Shown here piece after piece: positions 1-23,218 of a stretch of DNA of 64,000 bases. This DNA comes from Haliotis rufescens (Eukaryota). The translations under genes were made by a program, and so were the position numbers. The first letter of the stretch is position 1. Each line of letters opens with the position of its first letter. The DNA lies in assembly GCF_023055435.1 (NCBI RefSeq), contig NW_025963779.1, positions 53,630,001 to 53,694,000 of the forward strand. The letters run 5' to 3'. The notes below the pieces were generated by a model. The model was not told the origin of the DNA and searched no databases. It worked only from the letters and a program-made list of their open reading frames with translations.

Positions 1-154
1 CAGAAAAACTGTTTCAAATGTTTCTTGAAATCTACTAGGAGGCAACGAACCGCGCCCGAAATATGATACACCACGCTGTCAACCGACTTGGGTGCTTTCA
101 GAACCTAGCTTTGCAAACCGATTCGTCTGACATTTCTAGCAGACGGATTCTTAC

Positions 155-221
155 CTGCATTGGCACAAACGCAGACCCAGGAAAGAATGAGTAGGACCCC
201 TGGCCCCTTACTGGCGACCAT
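155..221 (-). CDS. First coding exon (signal peptide) of an unidentified secreted or membrane protein gene that continues off the left edge
   Basis: ATG at 221 encodes MVASKGPGVLLILSWVCVCANA: basic N-terminus, hydrophobic core, A-x-A cleavage-type end. It is followed by a phase-1 donor CAG|GTAAGA. A TATA-like element lies near 463-470. Confidence 0.65.
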
Positions 222-1125
222 TTCTGCTGCATAGAGTTAGTGATTGGTATCCGATGTGTAAATACGGATCAGAAACTCCATTTCTTCTGGGAAAAGTTGA
301 ATGCCATCTGATTTTCTCTCCAGCAGCCATGACTGACATTCTCGGCTCTCGAGAAATCACGGTCATTTGACGAGACCTAACAGCGCGAAGGGAGATAATC
401 GTCTGTTATCATAAACGGGCACCTGCTACACCCCGAAAATTTCTGTTTTTTTACTTGTTGGGTTTATAAAATATGCTGTCTGAAATTATTTTTCTCCCCG
501 ATATAACAATCTACAGAAAATTGACTTTGTAATTAATTATAAAATCGAGAATAAAATATCCACTCATTAGCAAATAAAATAGAATCAACATTTGCAAATC
601 CAATATTTTTAAAATTAATAATCATAATTTCAATTGTTACAATAAGCGAAATTTTACAAACACTTTTATCGTATGCAATGCACTAGCAGTCTGCTCACAT
701 GCAATCTAAATCGATGAGAAAATCACGGACAACGAACAATTCTTTGACAGTTTGAGATTTTTGCCAATATTGTTCTTTAGTCGTGGTGACATACGTTCAT
801 TTGTATGTGTTCACGCGTGGCCACGTGTCGATTGTAAAACTGAGACGCTTTATCGAAACGTTGGTCGTTGTTTCACATCTGTAAACGATAACATGCTAAA
901 ACCATTGAAATAGTCGCCTGCGCCCATATTAAAAAGAAAAGAAAAGGCATCTGTTACACACACCACAAAAGAATATTGACGTCTACTTGAGGAATGTGAC
1001 AATGAATGCGTCAACCAATTAAAAAACCCCACACACAGGATTTAATATTTATGTAAATCTTTGGTTTATTTCAGGCGTAAAAAAATACATGCGGGAATAA
1101 GTAATCTATACAATAATCAAGATTA

Positions 1126-1413
1126 CCATATTTCCTGTAATACACACAAGGCACGAAGCAGCGTACAACATTTATGCCTGCGTATATAATAAATGCCGGA
1201 TTTGTTAGATTTAAATTACTTCTCTCTGTAATAAATAAATGCTTAGAAAAGAAAGCATACTTTTATTGTATGTCAGTTTACAAGTGGCTGAAGCTTATGA
1301 AACGCCGTAGCTGAAATCTTAAACGCAGGGTCTCCAATTACCGCTCCGATACCCGCCGGGTTTGGAAACTTGTTCAAAGAATAAGATCGGTGTGCTTATT
1401 AGAGGAAATACGG
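1126..1413. mobile_element. Tc1/pogo-type MITE
   Basis: Imperfect TIRs CCATATTTCCTGTAATA / TATTAGAGGAAATACGG with TA flanks. A related shorter element lies at about 6514-6630. Confidence 0.6.
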
Positions 1414-2271
1414 TAGTTTACAATTCCTCATGCCCGCTTGCTAGTTTGTGTGTTAGTTTGCGCCGTACTCAGCAATACTCCAGCTATATGACGGCAGATG
1501 TTCAGCCATATAGTGACTAAAACAAGTTATATATTAATAATAAATACATTTAGAATGTATAAAAATCAATCGACAATGGACGGTAAAATAACTAGAGTAT
1601 CCCAGATTTCCATTTAAAACTAGTATGCAACTATAAAATGTGACTATTCGGGGCAAAACAGTATTTTAGAAAAAGCGTTACAGATCATCAGCAACTACAG
1701 TTAATCCACCATACTGGGGACCATGGGGACCTACTGTAATCTGCTACCTACAAGGTTCCCCAGAGGATTTGCACCATCCTTTTGGTTTTTAAGTAGCTGC
1801 TGATTTTTGACAAGCTTTAGCCGGAGATTAAAACAAACAAATACTAGTATTCTACGATTAAGACACTGGTATAAAGCACTTGCAGTTCTTTTAAATGTTG
1901 AGTAAAACGCTTTTCTTAATCTTTGTCGAGGTAAACTGTCACCATACTGAGATGTTGTTATTTGTTGTAAGGTTTTGGGTGGATGTTTCTCATTACCACG
2001 CCCTGAAGGAGAAAGTTGAAAATCTACACACTACAGGCCGTGCAGAGTAAGATCGCTCGTTCAACCACATCCATTTGTGTCCAGGTGAATGGCACGCACT
2101 GTACTCCGATTACGTGTAACAATCCTAAAAAGGAATTTCAAGACACAAAAAGTAGTGCTTTTTTATAGACATTTATAAAAGGAAGGATAATGATTACAAA
2201 TATTTTTTGTTATGTCATTTTTCACACACGAGATGGTTTTCTGACAAAGATTAATGACATTCTTGAAAGTA

Positions 2272-2448
2272 CATTAAACTACGTTTGTAACGAACACGCT
2301 TATAACGAACTTACCGATATAACCAACTTGTTTTTTAGTCCCGGGCATTTGTTGCATATATATGCTGTATATATGCTTATAACGAACTACGGTTATTACG
2401 AACTAAAATCAGTGGTCCCTTTGAGTTCGTTATACCCGTAGTTTACTG
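2272..2448. mobile_element. pogo/Tigger-like MITE
   Basis: TIRs CA(T)TAAACTACG / CGTAGTTTACTG, TA target duplication, internal TATAACGAAC repeats. Confidence 0.65.
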
Positions 2449-3814
2449 TATATATCTGGTCGCACAAGTACATCGTTATATATGGTTCTTGACACTGTAT
2501 ATACGGGAACATATTTTTCTATGAACCCAGGTAGTTCAATACAGACTCCCTGGAACACCTAAAGCAAAACTTGATAATGCTTATATTTAAAATAGCAAAA
2601 TATACATAGAAACAAAAGAACTTAATACTTTAGTACTGTGATGATTTTAAGTATATATGTGCAATACTATCGTACGTGCATATTTGACAGATGAATCTTA
2701 GATAGCATTCTCGATTAACGTTTGTATATATAATAACGAGATTGTTACAAATATAGAATACTAATGTAGACATACAGTTGTATATGTAGGATAAGGTTAT
2801 CTTGAAATTGTTGAACAAAATGAGTGGTTTTGTTTCCGAATAAGACCTGTACGTATCTTGATGCATTTTCATTTGAATATCTACCTGTCTATCTATCTTG
2901 TTCTTTTTATGCACGATGTAATTCAGAACCTATTTATTTCGGTACTTGTATTTATTGCACAGCTAATCTAGAAATATTGCGCGCCGCAAAGAAATCACAC
3001 ATACCAGCACGTACAAACAGAGGCGGGGCCTGGAGTTTTTAAAGGGTGAGGGCGGGGGTTCTTCCGATACTGTACAATGCACAATTGTTGACACGAATCA
3101 TCAAGATGTACATCATTCTCATCCCTTCGAAGCGCCCATTGCATTGCATGTTTTGACGTTCTGTGAATTAGTCATAGAACGTTCCTTGTATAATGTTGTT
3201 TATTTCACCGCTTTGCCTGTGCATGTTGCACGTGCGTGTGAAACACGACCTGCCTTGGGCGTCGTCTCAGCAATAGCTGGCTGTCTACTCTGTGGCTAAA
3301 CATTCCTTTAAATAAACCAGAGGCAAATAAATTGCCACCCCGTCTTCGATAAGATTAAAAGCCGATGCATTGTGTACTCAGAACAAAGGGATATTTGTCG
3401 GTTGTGAAATCCAAAGGACATTTGCACCCTTCTATACATCCATTCTTAAAATTGAAATGGACACTGTTATGATAACAAAAGGTTTTACCAGAGTGTCTGG
3501 TTCTCTTTCCCCAACATATATATTACAAGTACGACTGTACAGAGGAATATGTGTCTATTTATATAGGCTTTCATGGTAACTAACTGTAAAGAAACAGATC
3601 CACAGGATGGATTTTACAAACATTTAACTCTAGAAATGTTTATAGTAACATAATTTTATGTTTATCTTACAATGTAGCTTGGTTTAACATTAGTTCAGAC
3701 TCATAGACTAGTCATTCTTTTTTCCCCTTAATGCCGAACGCCAGGCAGGTGTAACAAGTAACATCTTTTCGTAAGACGCTGCTGGGATCCAACCCCCGAC
3801 CTAGCGCCCTCCAG

Positions 3815-4222
3815 TAGGGCAGGGACGGGTAACTCGGGTAGGTACTGAGTAGGACCCGGGTACCCACAGGATTACCCGGACACGTGGTTAGTCACGTGAT
3901 ATATTGTTTCATGACAAAAATTCACAATATAACTACATGGTTACACGACAATTTTAAGTCTCTAATGTTCGCATTTCTTCATGACTATAAACACGTTCCT
4001 TCTGACTTACATATGTTTGAACAAAGCAAGAACTTCAGTCAACTTCAGTGTATGCATGACCACATCGTTTTATACGTGTATCTAAATACATTCTGCAAGG
4101 GCTACTGTCTAACTATTCCCAATTTTGTACCTATCTCTTGACACCAACAGCTGGTACTTGGGTAGGGTCAGGTAAAAGGGGTGTGGGTACCCGGTAGTAA
4201 AACTGGACTCGTCCCAGCCCTA
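3815..4222. mobile_element. hAT-type MITE inserted into a decayed tRNA-derived SINE (about 3730-4257, minus strand)
   Basis: Termini TAGGGCAGGGACG / CGTCCCAGCCCTA with a perfect 8-bp TSD CCCTCCAG (3807-3814, 4223-4230). The flanks resemble the SINE at 59706. Confidence 0.85.
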
Positions 4223-5005
4223 CCCTCCAGTCTATCCACAACTCCAAGGAGGCGGTCTCTGCCCATTCGAATGTTGTTCAATACACTATTTTATTTACAC
4301 CACTGCACATCAGCTCAATGTGCACAAAAGCCTTGAGAGGGGCAGATCCTAGCTGTTTACCACAGGGTTAGTGTTCCTGTCGTTTCAGGCCCCACAATTC
4401 ACTGTGCAGTGTTGCCTCCACTTCCCTTGCAAGGATTTAAGGAATGTTCAGCTTCGAATTCCTGATAAAGATCCTTGTTTTATCTAGTTTCTGGACAGCC
4501 TAGTTTCTACTTTGATAAAAAGTAGTGGACACTCTTGCCTCGGGAAGATGCAATATACCTATGCTTCTAGATTTCATTCAAGTGTTACGTCTACTGCTTG
4601 CATCACTCTGTGGCCCTTGTTAAGCCAACAGCCATGATATAAGTGACATACTGTCCAGGGTTGCCTTTCACACAACTCTCTCAGCACATTGGTGGAAACA
4701 AGGACCTTAATCAAGGACCCACTCTTTTGTTGCAGCTCTGCAGTATTTGATCAGTTATTGGATCAAGAACCTTAAATGGTTAATCTGTACTTAAGATGGT
4801 TGTACTCTTGTGAGTAAGTGAGAGTGAGAACAGGATTGTATCCTATCAGAAACATCAAACCCATATCATGTTAATTGTTGGGAGCATGAATGTGCTTTTA
4901 TTAAACATATGCTCTGTGGTCTGAAAGAGAGACTAATCCTTCAGATACTAGTGGTGAAAGAATACAACACACTTGACAGTGTCATCAGTTTATTTCTCCA
5001 GGATG

Positions 5006-14721
<9,716 letters not shown>

Positions 14722-15368
14722 TATCTGAAATAAATAATAACAGCATACAAACATTTCGCTCTTCCACTGAATATTGGTTAAGCTAAAAATAGATTAATCA
14801 GATTTTCATTGCTGCCAACCTTACTACTTCCGTGTAACCTTTTTTCTTTTCTTTATGAAATACACCTTTTATGAAGTCCTACAAATGTTAGGTAGACAGC
14901 ATACTCTGGGTGGGTGAGTATTAGTGTGCTCTGATGGCATTTTTAGCAATAGCTAGGCAATAATGGGAAGGGACACAAGACGCCTTGAAAACATGAAAAT
15001 CAAAAAATAAATTAAACCAAATACACACATCATTTACAAATGTGGTTGAAAATCTAATACTTAATCTAATGTGGCATTACTTATTTACAAAGATATAAGA
15101 TATTCACTCATGCAGTCTATTTTTCTGATTTCGAATAAAACAAAGGAAATCCATAAATTGTTCCAATAAGATGGCATCCAATAAAGTAATCATACCTCCT
15201 AATTATTATATAGATCTTTGTTGTTTCTGTGAGTATTATTTTTCCAAATGTGTACACGTCCAAGGGAAATAACTCCACTGGCCAAGTAACTATAATTTGG
15301 TTGAACATGAATTTCATGAGGCCACGAGGGAATAAAATATCTATCATACTTTTTTATGAGTAACTCAC

Positions 15369-15731
15369 CTTAAGTTAGTATCAAGTTACAATATAATTCT
15401 AAATAGGTAAAGGATGTTTTTTTCTGATACCGTTATCTTTCAAAATGACTCCGTGCCATCACACACTTTTAACAGTTTGCAAGAGAATATGCGAACAGGG
15501 GGGCTGCCATTTTGGAATTAAAATATTGAGAACCGGACAACACCATGTAATATTACACAAGTGTATGTGCTGTAACATTCATTTTTGATATTCTAGGTAA
15601 GTTTTATAATTAAATGTGATTGTTGTAAGCAGTGAAATATGTTTAGAGTACTGCAGTGTTAAATACATCGGTGTTATTAAATGTTAGTAAATATTTTGAG
15701 TCCTCCGGATTTTAATACAAAGATGGCGGCG
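15369..15731. promoter_or_regulatory. Putative bidirectional promoter for SPATA5L1/MRPL54 plus a candidate SPATA5L1 non-coding first exon
   Basis: Outward-facing YY1-like motifs CAAAATGGCAGCC (-, about 15502-15514) and AAGATGGCGGCG (+, 15720-15731). Minus-strand donor AAG|GTGAGT at 15369 and an acceptor at 14725 just before the SPATA5L1 ATG. Confidence 0.55.
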
Positions 15732-18700
15732 TGTATACGCTGTGCATGTGCTTTAGGAAAGATAAATTTTCTCAGTGTCGGCAAGTCATCTGTTTCGAAA
15801 ATTTCAGTCGCTAACTATGCCAAGAAAGTGGGAGGTAATATACCCAAACGTTTTGCAAAACATGGTTTAGTCTCATATAGACTAGCCGATAAGTCGTTAG
15901 CAATTGGATTTATTTTGAGAAATAAAATCATGCATTTACGTAGGCCATAAAAAAAGTAAAAATCAGATCATTTTAAACACTTGACGCTTATAACTGACGG
16001 TGAAATAGGAATATATTAAAAACGTTTTTGTGTAATTTCATCATGTTCATGGCTAGAATGTTGCTAAAATCTTTTAAAGCCACCGATAGGTTACTATGAT
16101 TAGTTGTTGTTTACGCCGCGCTCAGCAATATTCTACGTAGGTCTATATTACGGCGGTTTGTAAATAGTCGAGTGTGGACAAGACAGTCCAGTGATTGATA
16201 TCATGAGCATCCATCCACACAATATTGGGATACATGGACATGCATCAACCAATTCAGCGAACCTGACCACCACCCAGCAAACAATTCTACGTTGTGACAA
16301 CGTTGTGACAACGTTGACTTTTCGTTGCTACAACGTTGTGATGTTACGTTGTCACAACGTAATTCTGTAGACTCCCAGATTGGTTGCTACAACGTTGTGC
16401 GTAAACCAAAATACAACCAAATCAAGACGTTGTCACAACGTCCATTTTTTACGTTGCTACAACGTTTAACCAAAACGTCGCGACAACGTACCCAGCCAAC
16501 AATTCTACGTTGTTACAACGTTGTGACAACGTTTACTTTTCGTTGCTACAACGTTGTGATGTTACGTTGTCACAACGTAATTCTGTAGACTCCCAGATTG
16601 GTTGCTACAACGTTGTGCGTAAACCAAAATACAACCAAATCAAGACGTTGTCACAACGTCCATTTTTTACGTCGCGACAACGTAGGTATCGCATACTGTT
16701 TACATATGGCGACACTACAGGCATTGCAGCACGTTGTTGCAATGTCCATGTAGATTAACGCCTGTTTTATTCCTCAATACCTCCCAGGCAGCCTGAAAAG
16801 TTTGTACCAATCTAGTTAAGACGTCAGGTACCAAGAAATACATTCTGCAAACTGAATTCACTTTAACCCTATCCATGAAACAGCAAGTCAATGAAATGCA
16901 CTCTCTTTTGGCAGAGTTTGAAATACGGCCAAGATATAAATCTAAATTTTTTAAATTACATGTACAATTTGGTAATATAATATTCATTTTCCAAAACAAT
17001 TTTCAAGTCTATGTGCAAATTGTTCACAAATGTTTCAACACAATTAAAAGATATTGGATTTTCCCACGAATTTGCAAATTAAAAACCATCAAACAATAAG
17101 CCCTGCACAAATTGAAACATTTAAATTTTCTTGGCCTTACCTCATACATTCAGCATTGAGAGCAACACTGTGACAAACAGAATAGTCTATGCATCTGATG
17201 TCCTAAGATCCATTAGGTAAACGAAATGACAATAGAATTCTGGTTGAGGTGACCTTTATTTATTTGTTAAATGACAAGTCAGAACATGGGCTGAGTTGCT
17301 GGGGAGCCTTTTCAGTCCTCAAATGAAAAGTCACAGGGATGATCTTCAACTGTATCCTCAGTCTCTCCTTATGCCTTGGTAACTGAATAAAAAATGACAC
17401 AAATGTTATAAAATGGCAAGGCAAGGGACATATTTCTGACATAACAAAATAACGGTTGCATTCCCCAAAATAATGTTTTGATGTCTGATGTCAGTCTTTA
17501 AACTGTTAAAAACTGCTGAAAGTGCGAAGGCGCTGACACTAATACCATGATGCTCTTGGATCATACATAAGCAGAAAAGCTTTTAGCACTGAATCATTGG
17601 TGTAACTTTATACCCCCGCCCTTTTAGATTGTGGGTATAATTAAATAAGAATCATCTAAATTTTAATTCTTGAAGATGTTTGTATATATTATTGAATCAG
17701 ACATACCTTTCTGTCAGTGATATGTACTTTAAACAAATACGCTCCCACAATACTGTTTTCTCCACCTGAAAGAAAAACAGAAACCACAAAGTATCACATT
17801 CTTAAATAAACCAGTACTGTATAGATAAATCCCATTTACTTAGACTAATAGAGTATGATGTAACTGATAGTAATATTGGCAAATAGTTTTATCAGTCAAC
17901 AGATCAACTGTAGTTTTTCAAAAGCAGTAACTTTACCTTTCTGCTGTACACTCAAACTAGTGATTCAAGTGAATATCATGGCCAAGTTTCTAAAACCTTA
18001 TTTGAAAATTATGTACATAAATGAAAAATATATATTGCCAAATAAAATAAATAGTTCCCATATTTGAAGCAAGAATGTTGAATATGAATTATGAATTGGC
18101 CCACCAATAAGTGATAAAAGTGTTAACACTTTGGGGTATTTATCCTAATTAAAACTGTGATTTTTTTTAATACTTAGATCTACCTTCATATTTTCCATAT
18201 TAATATGCCAGGATAGTTATATATGTTCTAACATTTACAAAGATTAGAAACATGGGGAAATAAACAAAATGCAATGGCTTATACAATACCAGACGAAGTT
18301 GAAACAGCTCTAAATATTTATTGAAATTTATTTGTCACTACGTTTATTAACATAGATCTAATACAGTTAAATATCGTTAAATATAATTCTGTAGTATGGT
18401 AGCCTACGTGGCAACATATGCAGATCGAAAACCGAAAGAATATGGTTGCTATCAATTCCATTGTATTTTTCATTGGTGCACATTGGCTACACCTATCTCA
18501 CTTTAATAATCAACAAACGATGACCAACTCACTGACAATATATGGTGATATTTAACTTTTGACTATCGACTAGCTTATCATCACCAGAGAGGACAATACC
18601 GCAAACACCCCGTTATAGCGCGCGACGAGAGACTCGTTTTACTTTTGCTCGTTTTCATTAGAAAGGAGTCGGACATAGATCTAGTTATCGGAAAATGATG

Positions 18701-21331
18701 AATTGATTCTTTTTTTCGGAAATAATAAAAATACACATGATAAGCACCTTACTATGATAAACTTTATAGACAGCAGCAACAACCTGATGATCCACATTTA
18801 GGCTACTTCAGTCAGTGCTAATTAGGCCTTTTCGGAAACATCAAGTATGTTTCTGTCTCTTCCCGAAAATACGATTCTTTTCATAACATCATTGATCACT
18901 TTAGACTAGGGCTATAACTAGCAGCCTACAGAGAGTCGATCTGAATACTTCCATTGTTTTGATTCCCTCTTTTCGCTGTATAAGAGAAATCTACTTAACC
19001 TTTCCCATGGCCTGGATGAGCCACATTGTTGCACAAAAATCAAAGTCAGAAGATTAGTACATGTAAACTTTAAATAGTAATGATTTCAGAAATAACACAG
19101 AAGAAATGGCGATAACTGTCAGTGCGGTCAGTAGGCGATGCATAAGTTAGGCCTATTTACAAATCTACACGCTTACGAACGAAACCCGAACATAATATGA
19201 CGGCCACAAAACGCCACCAGATTGAATTCTGGTCAAAAATATACCGCTTGCCCTTGGCAATTACCCTTGGTATCCATAAAATAATAATATGGAAAAAAGT
19301 CTTGGGCCCCCTTCACCTCTATCATCAAGTTCTGTGTATCATTTAATATCAACACTGACGCTCAGTGAAAATGACCGGCAAATGCATTCTTAACCCTGCC
19401 ACTTCTGAATAATACGATACATTTAGATCATTTGACGCACTGCATGCACAGAAACATATCAACAAGCGGAGACTATTTTTGAAAAATTAACTTACCTCAA
19501 TCGAATTCACAGATCATCTGTCCAGTTCCAGTTGCTGCACAATCACTTGCTTGTAATATATTATGTCCAGAGTGAGTTTGAGCTAAGATGGCTGGTGACA
19601 ACAAATCTTCCGCGACAATGTGACGTCATTCTGACGTCACTTCACGAGGCAACAGGCTAAACTTTTCTGCAGTCGCTCTCACGCCGCAAAAAATACGCGC
19701 CAATTGTTTTTAACTGTAATATTGCTTGTGACAACATTTAGTTCGTTAATAGATATATATGTTTAAAAAAAATAACACTAAGAGATGGTAGATCTACAAG
19801 TGGTTTCCTAAACATCATTTACAAAAAGTACTGTAATGTCCAAAGCACAACGTTATCACAACGTTAATTTGCAACGTTGTTGTAACGTTGTCACAGATAT
19901 ACGCAATTACGTTCTCGAAATATTAGTATTAAGAGATGAAAATTCAAATGCCGAATATATAGAAAGGTAATGCATTACTAACCTGGTTTTCTGACAAATT
20001 CATGTTGATTTTGATAAAGCAGTTCTATTCCTTCTATTCTATTCTATCGAGAAGCAAACTCAATAACGTTTCACCGACGTTTCAGAAACGTAGTTACAAA
20101 ACGTTGTGTAATGTTCAATGCACAACGTTTTCACAACGTGAATGTGCAACGTTGTTATTACGTTGTGAAATAACGTTGCAGGTCGACGTTAAAATAACGT
20201 TGTTACAACGTTATATCACGACGTTACCAATCCACAACCTTTCAACAACGATGGAAGTGCGAATCATGCATGTATGGCGAAAATGTTATTGTCATTGTTT
20301 GTTGTTTAATCGCCTCTTACGACAAGCACGGGTTGCTGAAAAGTGAAAACCAAATCTAACATTATTGTAATTTTCTGCCAAAATGTAGTTTATTTCGAGT
20401 AAACACCTTTGTTTTTACGCTTTTCGCGATGAAGACTATTTGACGTCGCACCAACGTATGAGAAACGTTGTCATCATAACGTTGCATGGCGCCCGATGCA
20501 CAACGTTTCCACAACGTAATTTTGCTACGTTGTGATTACGTTGTCACATAACGTTGGAGTGACGTGATAATAAGGTGTTTACACAGACTTTAGTTTATTT
20601 ACGAGATGGAAATCCTGATTCCGAAGATATAGGTAAATAATGAATTACTGCCTTGTTTATGGCAGAAATTGTGTCGATTTGTATGTAAAACTTTTGTTCA
20701 TACAATTTTCGTTAAGGCGACAGTTGACGTCGCACCAACGTTTCAGGAACGATGTAACAAGACGTTGGGAAATATTCGATGAACAACGTTTTCACAACGT
20801 AAAAATGCAACGTTGTTATTACGTTGTGAAACGACGTTGCACAGTGACGTAATAATAACGTTGTGACAACGTTGTATCACTACGTTACCAATTCACAACT
20901 TTACCACAACGTTGTGAAAACGTAGTGTGTTAGCTGGGCAGCTCCCGTTAGTCACTGGAGAGTTCACAACACATGCTTGCTACTGACCATATGCATGTAT
21001 ACTTTTAATTTTCAATTGGTGATCTGTTCCAGGCAAAGGTGGTGCCAAGATGGGAGCTCAGCGAGTGGCCAAAGTGTTGTTGGAGGTGGAGACGGATGCT
21101 GCAAAACTGACCAAATACTGTTGTGGTGCCAACATTACTGTTCACGGGAAGGACCCTGAGTTGAAGGCAGACAGTGAATACCCAGATTGGCTGTGGTCCA
21201 TGAGAACAGCAAGGTCACCACCCAAACTGTCTGAATACGAAGAAGATTCATTTGAAATGTGGAGGCGGAAAAAGAAACTTGCACTAAGAAGGCAAAATCG
21301 TCTGCGAAGTCTTGAGGATATCAAGTCTTAG
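15723..21331 (+). CDS. MRPL54: Mitochondrial large-subunit ribosomal protein mL54, 136 aa, 2 exons
   Basis: Exons 15723-15834 (basic presequence-like, YAKK) and 21033-21331, joined in phase 1. Motifs ETDAAKLTKYCCGANI and DPELKADSEYPDWLW, basic C-terminus. AATAAA near 21460. Confidence 0.9.
16273..20938. mobile_element. Non-autonomous CACTA/EnSpm-like DNA transposon (about 4.67 kb) inserted in a family A SINE in the MRPL54 intron
   Basis: TIRs CCCAGCAAACAATTCTACGTTGTGACAACGTTGTG / CACAACGTTGTGAAAACGTAGTGTGTTAGCTGGG; 2-bp TSD CA. Dense subterminal palindromic ACAACGTTGT repeats at 16273-16745 and 19845-20938. The host SINE resumes on both sides (CTGACCAC | TCCCGTTAGTC). No transposase ORF seen. 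Confidence 0.8.
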
Positions 21332-22537
21332 TTTTGGAGAAATATTCTGACAGCTGTGATTGTAAAATAGCTATGGAGAAGTAGAGTGTATCAGTTCCTG
21401 TGTTTAACTGACTTTTGTATTATTTGTGGTGATGACTTTATGGAGAAATGTATTCAGAGAATAAATAAACTGACATATTCTGTGTCTGTTGGTTATGTGC
21501 ACATTCACAAGGGTTGATGTGATGGAATATTTATGAATCAGAATTACAGCCAGTTGAGTTCAAACTCACTCTGATATCATCAATGTGACTTAAGCACTTA
21601 GCAACACTTCTTTTTACTGGAGGCTAAAGCCAAAATTAGTAAAGAAAAATAGTTGAAGCTGTTTTTCATCTATTTTTTTCAGATTGCTTGCTCATGATTG
21701 ATCAGAAAAAACTAACAGATGTAAAACTTAAAATTCTTACAAAATTACAGACTTTTATCTTTCTAAATAATAATTAATCAGACGTATTGTATGTAGTCTT
21801 GGCAACTTCAAACCCCTTTCAAATGTTCAGTGCCTTTAAGAAGTAAATACAAATACATGGTACCATGGTTACTGTAAAACTCCACACCCTGCACATTAAA
21901 CAGAGTTAGCAGTTATTTCTTCAAATTATCCAACCGCAGCAAATTTTATTTTATTTTGACTGCTCAAGCTAATTGGTTATAAGCCAAATCTGTAAACCCA
22001 ACACTAGAGAAAATGTCAATAAACATTTTAAGGATGAATCTTTTTTATGTAAAAATGAACCATGATGAACATCTTTCTCCTTACTGTTGCAAAAATGTGT
22101 GCAGCCTGTTTTGGACAAAACAAATTACCACTCGAGTTATAAATCTTCCCATTTAGGAAAGCTTTTGTACTTAGGTACCACTGACATCATCGTAAATGTC
22201 AGCAGTTACCATGGTGACATCACTATAACATTCTCTATTCTCTGTATACAACCACTTAAATGAGGTAGGATTATTATGAGATATAAAATTGATATTTTCA
22301 AGAGATTGTATAATAAGAATAATAATACATTCGATCAAGTATCATTTACTTACTTGTGTTATTTTGTTGTATTTCTGGAAGGAGTTCTCAAATGATTGCT
22401 GGTTTAGTTATAAACAAATGCTAAAAGAATTCTTTGCTTACAAAATAACATAATTTACTTTAAGGCCACTCTTCTTTAGTTTTATGTTTTACGGATTTAT
22501 TCCAGGTTTAGCATACGAGGTCTGTGGAAATAACACT

Positions 22538-22770
22538 NNNNNNNNNNNNNNNNNNNNNNNNNNNNNNNNNNNNNNNNNNNNNNNNNNNNNNNNNNNNNNN
22601 NNNNNNNNNNNNNNNNNNNNNNNNNNNNNNNNNNNNNNNNNNNNNNNNNNNNNNNNNNNNNNNNNNNNNNNNNNNNNNNNNNNNNNNNNNNNNNNNNNNN
22701 NNNNNNNNNNNNNNNNNNNNNNNNNNNNNNNNNNNNNNNNNNNNNNNNNNNNNNNNNNNNNNNNNNNNNN
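22538..22770. other. Assembly gap (N run)
   Basis: Run of N bases. Confidence 1.
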
Positions 22771-23218
22771 CTGTGGAGTCATTCTGCTTTATTGTATAAG
22801 AGGGTCTATATTACTTGCGGGAGATGTAATAAAAAACAAAATAGTTTTATGTTTAATTTATTTCTTGGACCGGCTGCTTTTCAGTAGGGGCGAGGGGCCT
22901 GTGAAACGAAAAATAGAAAATGTGAACATGGTGTAGCCCATCACTGTTTAATAAGTCTGGCTCCATGCTGTAACCTATGTCATGAAAGATTTACATAAAA
23001 TCAGGAATGGCACAACAAGCATGGATGACAATTTCATTATTTACACTTATGCAGGTACAAGCACCATTATGATGATTATCATTATCCACAAGCATGAGAA
23101 TAGTGTTGACAAACCAAAGATCATGATTGTCCATTTCTGGGATTAGAAGACATGTCGAGCAGGTCATGGTTTGAGGCTATCACCACTTGAAACACTATGT
23201 CATGCTTATATCAGCTTT

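Noticed and set aside
16273-16745. Regularly repeated palindromes resembling a CRISPR array
   Set aside because: Eukaryotic context, no unique spacers and no cas genes; these are transposon subterminal repeats.
22484-22936. ORFs spanning the N run
   Set aside because: Artefacts of the assembly gap.
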